A stretch of DNA of 53,579 bases from Bdellovibrionota bacterium (GTDB taxonomy: Bacteria > Bdellovibrionota_B > Oligoflexia > Oligoflexales > Oligoflexaceae). Of the stretch, positions 47,178 to 53,579 are shown piece by piece. The stretch spans positions 1 through 53,579 of the forward strand of contig JAZKGL010000277.1 of the NCBI GenBank assembly GCA_040385935.1, given 5' to 3'. Position numbers and translations under genes: made by a program. The first letter of the stretch is position 1; every line of letters begins with the position of its first letter. A model generated the notes under the pieces. That model did not search any database and was not told where the DNA came from. It worked only from the letters and a program-made list of their open reading frames with translations.

Positions 47178-47951
47178 TTACCGAGGTTCTTCGTCGGTCA
47201 CGCGGCGCGAAGCTTCGATTCGCGTTATGGTTTCTCTGAGGCGCATGGCACCTTCGCTTTCGAGCGGCTGAAGCTTGAGACTGGCCTGCAGCTCCTCGAG
47301 CGCGATCTGTGGCGAAGATAGATTCTGAGCTTCGAACAGAGCGCAATTTAGGGCGATCTCCCAGTTGTCCGCCGTCTCTTCTTTAAACTGTTCACACAAA
47401 GCATCCACACGATCGTTATCATCGAGTTGCCTATGCGCAGCGATAAGACCAAGGACGGCCCGCCTATCTTCTTTTAAGTCGTTGAAGTAGGGAATCGATT
47501 TGGCGAACTGCGCACCCTTTAGATAGAGGATACCCAGCGCCATCTTAGGGCGTGGGTCGAGAGGATCTTTCTCGATTAGCTTGAGCAGACCACTCTCTGC
47601 TACTCCATAGTCTTTTTGAGCAAGGGCCAGATGAGTCTTCAGCTTTACACTGAGTTTATAGCTTTCTTCCGACGGATAGATTTCAAATCGTTTGATGAGA
47701 TACTCAATCTTCGTCCAATTCCGTTCGTCGCCTACCATCGCGATGACACTGCGTTCGACTGCACGGCTTGCAGCAGCATCCAGACTTTTAAAGGAGTAGA
47801 GTCCCCTCTCAAAACGCTGAAGGAGTCCGGTCCAGCCCAAGGGCTGGTCTGCGTCCTGAGCATCAAACCGTTTTGCGGATAGAGAAGTCTGGCAGGCTGT
47901 ATTGATATATTGAAGACTGAGTATAAGCAGGAGAATCTTAGAACAGTTCAT
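47178..47951 (-). CDS. TPR lipoprotein (second GltE/AglT-like copy)
   Basis: Likely start ATG 47951 (GGGGGA upstream); lipobox NTAC; KDPLDPRPKMALGILYLKGAQFAKS, AVLGLIAAHRQL, IALNCALFE. Confidence 0.7.
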   Translation of the reverse strand: MNCSKILLLILSLQYINTACQTSLSAKRFDAQDADQPLGWTGLLQRFERGLYSFKSLDAAASRAVERSVIAMVGDERNWTKIEYLIKRFEIYPSEESYKLSVKLKTHLALAQKDYGVAESGLLKLIEKDPLDPRPKMALGILYLKGAQFAKSIPYFNDLKEDRRAVLGLIAAHRQLDDNDRVDALCEQFKEETADNWEIALNCALFEAQNLSSPQIALEELQASLKLQPLESEGAMRLRETITRIEASRRVTDEEPR

Positions 47952-50604
47952 CGTTCCCCCAAACCGGTAGGCGATCTTCCCACAGAATTTTATCTTTGCG
48001 AGCACGTTGCATGTCGAGGATTAGGCCTGCCGCATTCTCGTGCAGTAAACCAAAGTTTTCTAAGGTCTTAAGAGAGGAGCTTGCATAGGATTTTCCGCGC
48101 GCCGTCCACTGAGCCATGGGAGTTCTAAGCTCTGTTTCTATCACCTTGGGATCGAGGCCATCGATAGGCGGCAGACGTTCAAGAGTCTGGCTAAGATTGA
48201 AGGCGGCAGTCGCAAGGTCTGAGAGTGCGCTCGCTCCCCAGTACGGGTCTTTAGTCTGAAGGACTTTTAAATAGAGGTTTTCAAGTTCTTTATAGGCGGA
48301 ACGTTTGCCTTGAATAGCCGGCAATAGTTCATCACTTTGACTCGCAAATACCGGCAGATCTAGATAGAGCGGCAAGGACTTTTGAGCTACTTTATAAGCG
48401 ATCACTGAGTACAAGCGGCGAGTCGGTAAACTTAAATTAGAACTGTTTTCTGCATAAAGATCATAGAACAATGTCTTTATAGAATTTTGATAGTTGGGAA
48501 TCGTCTCAGTGCCCTCGAAGCCTGCCGCGAGGAGTGCGCTCTTATCATCTAGGCGAAGAGGAAGGACACTGACGGCGGGCGAGAGGATGAAGTTAAAGAG
48601 CGCGGCCGCTTCTTTTTGCCGAGCTAATTGTTTCGCCAAGTCGATCGCATAGTGATGGGCGTAAGTCATCGGTAGAAGACAAGATGACAAAGCTTCCAGG
48701 GGTTTATCTAAGATATCGAGTCGGCAGAGTATTTCGTCACGTTGGCGGTTTTGATCGACGGTCCAAGGAAGTGTTTTGGTTTTGATGAGGAGATCTCGAG
48801 CTGCACTAAGGGCAAGATTTGTTTCATAGAGTTCGGCGGCTTTTAAAGTGTAAGGCAGAGCATGAGGTCCGTCCGAGAACTTCTGAAGATATAGGCTGAG
48901 ATACCGGACCTGATCAAGCCATGAATCCTGACTGAGTGAAATGGCTCTTTCAATCGCTATGAGGGCTAGCTCCTCAGGGCGTTCTCTTTCGGCAAAACTT
49001 GCGTAAGCAGCAGCGCGATCGGATGGGCTCGCTAAAGTATCGATAAGTTGAAACTTTGCGGTGCGCAGATGATCGCGAATCAGTTTGCCACTCGGTCCGC
49101 TCTGAAGCTGAGGTACGAGGAGAAATTGTTCGCAGGCTCTGACTAGCTCTTGAGGTCGACTCGCAAAGAGCTTAAGCATAGGAGCTACGATACGAGGCGA
49201 TTCTTTGGGAAAACGCGAGACAAATAGCCACAGACGACGAATGGCAAGGTCAGAATCTTTTTGATTGATAGCCAACTGTATGCTGTAGGCCGCGCAGCTG
49301 CGTTGATCTTCGCTGGTCGAACGCTGAACCTCAGCATAAGCATCACACGCTTCTAAATACGTCCTTGCCGATATAAGTGCAGATCCCGATAAAGGTGCTT
49401 TATCCCCTTCAATCGTCGGCGCAGCCTTCTGGCTGGAATTTAACCAAGCTTCAGCGAGCTTAGGGTCCTTACGACCTTTAAGCTTAAGAATCCAGATCGT
49501 TTTATACTCGATACCGGCACGATCGAAGTCGCCCATATTTTCATGAAGTTTGGCCTTTAAGTGACGAAAGGGTAGTGCTTCTGATTGCGGGGCTTTCTCG
49601 ATAAACTGAGCAAGAGCCGCTGAGAGCTTGAGGCCTTCGGAGCGACTATCCTTGTCTATAATTTGTGAAACATTTTTTTCGGTTTCTTCGAGCAGCTTTT
49701 GACGAAGGTTCGATTTTGTATCGCTGTGCCTAGCAAGCACCCAAAGGGTGGTTTGCGTCCAGCCCACCTGACTTTGTAGGCTGGCTTTCTTCTCCTGCAA
49801 GGCACTTAGACCCTGTGATGCGTAGCTCAACGAGCGATCGGTGACAATAGGGAGTTCACTGAAGTTTCGGAAGGCTACTCGTTTTTGTGATTCACCGGAA
49901 GCCAGAGTTAAGAGGCAGATGGATAGCCACTCTTTATCGATGGCAGAAGGAATATTCGCCCAAAGAGTTTGGGGGTCCAAGCGGCTCGTTCCAAAGTCGA
50001 GTAATGCTTTTTGCAGATATTTCGGTGAGTTGAGTGAGTTTATTTCGCGAGCCGTAAGCGCTTTGGTCAGACTCTGCCAAGCTTCGGAAATATTGCCTTG
50101 TTGCAAAGACATCTCCGCAAGGCGCCAGTTTACAAACGCGATCAAAACGGGATTTTTGGTAGAGATCAGGCGATAAGCAGCCGGTGTATTTAAAACCTCG
50201 GCACGAAGAAAGAGCTGGATATCACTGAGCGGGAGCTGCGACAGAGTTCGGTTTGCGATATCGTTTTGCTGACTGGCAAGGAGTATCGATGCCCACATGA
50301 GTTTGAGTCCGGGGGATGGTCTTCGCTCAAGAACCAAGTAGCGTTGAATCTCGACAGATAGCTGCAGCGCATCGAGAGCGTAGGTATTGGCCAAAGGTTT
50401 TGATGCCCAGGAGTTAAAACGCTGGGCCAATGCTTGCTCTTTAGAATTCAGCGGAATGGTCTGAAAGCTAGAAACAAGATGGGACTGAACTTCGGAGTAG
50501 GGCAAACGCATTTTCTGCAAACGACACTCATCACTCGGCGCCGCTGCGAGTAACGCAGCGCGGCTTAGAGCTATCGTCAGAATGAGGCGCGTAAGCCAAG
50601 TCAT
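47938..50604 (-). CDS. Large secreted TPR/alpha-solenoid protein (GltD/AgmU-like C-terminus)
   Basis: Signal peptide; TPR-like helices; C-terminal KRSAYKELENLYLKVLQTKDPYWGASALSDLA...LERLPPIDGL. Confidence 0.65.
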   Translation of the reverse strand: MTWLTRLILTIALSRAALLAAAPSDECRLQKMRLPYSEVQSHLVSSFQTIPLNSKEQALAQRFNSWASKPLANTYALDALQLSVEIQRYLVLERRPSPGLKLMWASILLASQQNDIANRTLSQLPLSDIQLFLRAEVLNTPAAYRLISTKNPVLIAFVNWRLAEMSLQQGNISEAWQSLTKALTAREINSLNSPKYLQKALLDFGTSRLDPQTLWANIPSAIDKEWLSICLLTLASGESQKRVAFRNFSELPIVTDRSLSYASQGLSALQEKKASLQSQVGWTQTTLWVLARHSDTKSNLRQKLLEETEKNVSQIIDKDSRSEGLKLSAALAQFIEKAPQSEALPFRHLKAKLHENMGDFDRAGIEYKTIWILKLKGRKDPKLAEAWLNSSQKAAPTIEGDKAPLSGSALISARTYLEACDAYAEVQRSTSEDQRSCAAYSIQLAINQKDSDLAIRRLWLFVSRFPKESPRIVAPMLKLFASRPQELVRACEQFLLVPQLQSGPSGKLIRDHLRTAKFQLIDTLASPSDRAAAYASFAERERPEELALIAIERAISLSQDSWLDQVRYLSLYLQKFSDGPHALPYTLKAAELYETNLALSAARDLLIKTKTLPWTVDQNRQRDEILCRLDILDKPLEALSSCLLPMTYAHHYAIDLAKQLARQKEAAALFNFILSPAVSVLPLRLDDKSALLAAGFEGTETIPNYQNSIKTLFYDLYAENSSNLSLPTRRLYSVIAYKVAQKSLPLYLDLPVFASQSDELLPAIQGKRSAYKELENLYLKVLQTKDPYWGASALSDLATAAFNLSQTLERLPPIDGLDPKVIETELRTPMAQWTARGKSYASSSLKTLENFGLLHENAAGLILDMQRARKDKILWEDRLPVWGNDELF

Positions 50605-50710
50605 TGACTGCCTTTTTCCAGGTGCCTAAAAATTAAGTTGGTAACGATTTAAGTTTATCAGGAAGACACGAGGTAAAGGCTTCCCAGGGAGGGCCGAGTC
50701 CATAGACTTT

Positions 50711-51364
50711 CTAGAGGTAGGTTCGCCAGGCGAGCGTAAGTTCGGTCGAGGATGCGGTCGACTTTTCTATACTGGCTGAGAAGGAGAGCAGCGTCTGCTG
50801 GAGGCTAAGCCCAACGCTATTGTCCTGACCAATGAGATACTGAAATCCAAGGCCAGTCGTCCAAGAGATATTTGCGCCCTCCAGCGTCTCAATACCGATG
50901 GACGAGGGTGTGATTGAATAAGCATCGTACATTACGCGATTGATCCAACTGAGCGATAAATTGTTCTGACTTACAGCGGTGCCGACTTTAAGCCGTTCGA
51001 CAGTTCTTTTTTTACCGCCGAGTAGAGCCCAGGAAGTTCCTATGCCGAAGCCTTTGCGAATAATCTGCTGTGTGGCGCTATCGATCAAAAAATCAACGCT
51101 CAAAAACGCGGTTTGACGATCGAGTAGTCTTTCATTATAAAGACCAAGGCCGAGTAGAAACCCACCGAAGGATTTACTCACTTCGTCTTTATTCTTAAAC
51201 GTTCCAAATCCCGCTCCCGTGTGAACATCAAGGTCCCAGGGATCAATGCTCGGGACGGAAATCGTTTTGGTCACTTTTTTATCGCCCGCGTTGCTCACCG
51301 CCCAAAGAGAGGAGGATGAAACGGCAGCTAAAGATAATATAAAGAATTTAAGTTGATATCTCAC
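50711..51364 (-). CDS. Small outer-membrane beta-barrel protein
   Basis: Signal peptide ending LWA; alternating strands (GFGIGTSWAL, WTTGLGFQYLIG, VGLSLQQ); C-terminal TELTLAWRTYL. Confidence 0.6.
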   Translation of the reverse strand: MRYQLKFFILSLAAVSSSSLWAVSNAGDKKVTKTISVPSIDPWDLDVHTGAGFGTFKNKDEVSKSFGGFLLGLGLYNERLLDRQTAFLSVDFLIDSATQQIIRKGFGIGTSWALLGGKKRTVERLKVGTAVSQNNLSLSWINRVMYDAYSITPSSIGIETLEGANISWTTGLGFQYLIGQDNSVGLSLQQTLLSFSASIEKSTASSTELTLAWRTYL

Positions 51365-51948
51365 TTTTTGCTCAATCGAATAAGTTCGTCGATATCACGA
51401 TCTTCGGGATCCAAGTTTTTGGCTTTAAGAAAAGACGCCCGCGCCTTAGCCGGCACGCCCTCGGCAAGATAGGATAGACCGGTTAACACATGGGGCGCTG
51501 AAGCATCGGGTGAGACTTGGGAGAGCTGCTTTGATACTTCGCGGGCGGCTTCCCAGTCTTTTGCCGTCAGAGCTTTGTAAGCACGCATGAGCATGCGGTT
51601 ACTGCGGTTCAGCTCTTGAATTTTCGCCTGCGCATCGGAGTCATCTGGTTCCTCGCGCCGTTCTACGCGAAGGGTGATTTCATTTTTGCCATCAGTCAAA
51701 GGTTTGACGATCCAGTACTGGCTCTGAACGCCCTCGCCCCAGACTCGAACATATTGTTTTTTTAATTTACCGAGTTCGATGGCGACCGGTGTTTCGCCGA
51801 TCAAATCGCCTTCACCACCCTGATCATCATAATTGACAAGGCTAATATTCACTTTTTCGTTACTCACCAAGGTGAGTGTTGGGGTCGCGCAAGCTGTGTT
51901 TAGGCTAAGACTTGCGAGCAAAAGCTTGAAAAGGGATGTGGGTTTCAT
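51361..51948 (-). CDS. Lipoprotein with PEGA-like N-domain and C-terminal TPRs
   Basis: Lipobox NTAC; LTLVSN...LIGETPV; APHVLTGLSYLAEG...ARASFLKAKNLDPED. Confidence 0.7.
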   Translation of the reverse strand: MKPTSLFKLLLASLSLNTACATPTLTLVSNEKVNISLVNYDDQGGEGDLIGETPVAIELGKLKKQYVRVWGEGVQSQYWIVKPLTDGKNEITLRVERREEPDDSDAQAKIQELNRSNRMLMRAYKALTAKDWEAAREVSKQLSQVSPDASAPHVLTGLSYLAEGVPAKARASFLKAKNLDPEDRDIDELIRLSKK

Positions 51949-52021
51949 CTTTTACCTTAATTCTTTTCGATACCTGACGATAGGGAATCAGGATCTCAAC
52001 GCCCATATTGGGGAAGAGCAC

Positions 52022-53579
52022 ATGAGTTCGCTTCGCAGTCCAAAGCTTTTAACGGCAGTAGCTTTCATTATAGCTGGGCCTCTCGCCGTCGCACAAGGAA
52101 CCGGCAAGAAGGAACAGGCGATTGAAATGTCGGCTGAGGCTCGAAGCGCGGTTGTCCGGCGAGCTTTCCAAAATGATTTGCAGGGAACCCTCGATAAATA
52201 TCTTAAGCCTCATCAATATAATGTTCAGGTTCAGTTCGATCTAAATCAGGGTTCGAAAGCGGGCGAAGATGTTCCGTATGCACCCGACAATATTGTGTCT
52301 GATGCGTTCCAGGGCCTTCCTTCGGGAAAGCAACTCGATCAAATCAAAGACCTTAAAATTCAGGTGCAGGTTCCAAAGTGGGTGGATGAGGGGACCAAGC
52401 AAACTCTTCGTGCTATGGCCGAAAAAAGTCTGAGTGAAAAAACAGGTCGTCCTATCAAAGTCGGAATCGAGAGCGTCGCTCTTGATGTCGAAGAACCGAA
52501 AAAGAGTCCTGCTCTAAGTCCAGAGCCCCGGCCCGCCGCTCCTGCGGCTGCTGTTTCCGGCGGCGCTTTAGGTGCTGGCCAAGGCTTGTCACAAGGTGGA
52601 GCGGCTGCATCTCAGGCTGACCTAACTCGCGCTATGAACGAAATCGCCGAGCTGAAAAAGAAAGTGGACGACACGCGGTCTGTCGATGCAAAGGCCGATA
52701 GGAATGGAAACGGAAATAGCCTGGAAAGCGCCGGTTCATCGTCGAGCGGTCACAGCTGGATTTCTGATTTGGTGAATATCGGTAAGCAGTATCCGATCGC
52801 AACCCTTGCGGCTCTTTCTATTCTCTATCTGCTTTTAGCCATCATCATTTTAATTCCTTCACGATCCTTGGTCTCAGGCTTCAAACAAATCGGTACAGCT
52901 TTCGATGCTCTCAGCCGCGCATTAAAGGGGATGGGCGATGCAATGGGCGCGCGTCGCGCGGAAGCCGCGGAGGACGATGCGGGGAATGAGGATACGGAGA
53001 CGGAAGCGACTATTCCTGTAGAAGCGGCTGTGGCGACAACCAAGCCGGTGCGTGATCACAGCCAAGAAGAATTGAACGAGAAGATTCAGACCATTCGCAT
53101 GAGTCACAAACAGGATTATGACCGTATCGTAATCGATTTGGTTTTAAACTATCTCCATGATCCGGAAAAATCGTACTGGGCCGTCTTTCTACTCGACATC
53201 GTGGGTCGCGAACATGCGCGACGCGTTTTTGAAAGCTTAGACGCAGCCGATCAAGAAGAGCTGATGCGGCTTGTGAAGCACTCGATTCCAGAAGATCGCA
53301 TCGATGCCAATATCGAATTAGTGGAAGCGTATCAGATGCGACTTCTCACTTTTGGTTGGAAGGGCGGCGGCAAATCGCGAAGTCTTGATCCTGATATCCA
53401 ACGGATAGTCTCTCAGCTTGCCTTTGAAGATATTGCGCCTATTCTGAATCGTTTGGGTGAGACGGGTATTCGACGATTTATGCTCTATCTCGATTCCAAG
53501 ACTATGGGCCAGTTGATTCGAAGTGTTCGCAGAAATCCTCAGAGCCAAAGATTTTTGATTCAGCTGCTCGCCCGAATGC
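52022..53579 (+). CDS. Partial ORF (>=519 aa, runs off the window; absent from the ORF track): putative FliF-FliG fusion rotor protein
   Basis: Translated by hand with no stop from ATG 52022 (GGGGAAGAG upstream). Signal peptide; FliF RBM3-like LQGTLDKYLKPHQYNVQVQFDL..QIKDLKIQVQV..TKQTLRAMAEKSL..GRPIKVGIESV; one TM ~52795-52860; FliFc-like LNEKIQTIR..RIVIDLVLNYL; FliG-N-like WAVFLLDIVGREHARRVFESLDAADQEELMRLV; FliG-M-like LNRLGETGIRRFMLYLDSKTMGQLI. Confidence 0.7.
   Translation, partial: MSSLRSPKLLTAVAFIIAGPLAVAQGTGKKEQAIEMSAEARSAVVRRAFQNDLQGTLDKYLKPHQYNVQVQFDLNQGSKAGEDVPYAPDNIVSDAFQGLPSGKQLDQIKDLKIQVQVPKWVDEGTKQTLRAMAEKSLSEKTGRPIKVGIESVALDVEEPKKSPALSPEPRPAAPAAAVSGGALGAGQGLSQGGAAASQADLTRAMNEIAELKKKVDDTRSVDAKADRNGNGNSLESAGSSSSGHSWISDLVNIGKQYPIATLAALSILYLLLAIIILIPSRSLVSGFKQIGTAFDALSRALKGMGDAMGARRAEAAEDDAGNEDTETEATIPVEAAVATTKPVRDHSQEELNEKIQTIRMSHKQDYDRIVIDLVLNYLHDPEKSYWAVFLLDIVGREHARRVFESLDAADQEELMRLVKHSIPEDRIDANIELVEAYQMRLLTFGWKGGGKSRSLDPDIQRIVSQLAFEDIAPILNRLGETGIRRFMLYLDSKTMGQLIRSVRRNPQSQRFLIQLLARM

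Noticed and set aside
38157-53579. Ordinary flagellar gene cluster
   Set aside because: No recognisable flg, flh, fliM/N/P/Q/R, flagellin or che genes lie in the window. This cannot be fully excluded beyond the right edge.
1-53579. CRISPR arrays, tRNA/rRNA, IS elements, prophage, DGR
   Set aside because: No spaced direct repeats, RNA gene signatures, transposase, integrase, phage or reverse-transcriptase ORFs were seen. The repeats present are protein-level and diverged at the DNA level.

Overview
A ~50% GC bacterial chromosomal window. The gene style (many Cys-rich lipoproteins, Glt-like TPR proteins, Big_2/FN3/GLUG surface proteins) suggests Bdellovibrionota/Oligoflexia, but that is inference only. 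Left third: a Tat-signal carotenoid-oxygenase-family enzyme, small envelope genes, a MexXY-OprA/AmrAB-OprA-like RND pump with trxC, and a four-lipoprotein operon with two paralogous MACPF/CDC-like proteins. Middle: a divergent surface-protein island of three Big_2 (Lig/invasin-like) lipoproteins and two ~1900-aa FN3-IPT-GLUG lipoprotein paralogues. Right third is the most striking. A motA-motB stator pair, with no hook, rod, filament or export genes nearby, is coupled to a Cache/HAMP-like membrane protein and a FecR-like protein. It is flanked in mirror image by two beta-barrel + large TPR + TPR-lipoprotein modules resembling Myxococcus GltD/GltE. Next to them is an ORF absent from the supplied track (52022 to the window end) that reads as a signal-peptide FliF(RBM3)-TM-FliFc-FliG fusion. 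Sigma-28-like promoter motifs with an exact 11-bp spacer precede both adhesin operons and the left module. Together these suggest a compact non-flagellar rotary machine linked to surface adhesins. No rRNA, tRNA, CRISPR or IS element was recognised. All family calls come from reading motifs by eye, not from database searches.
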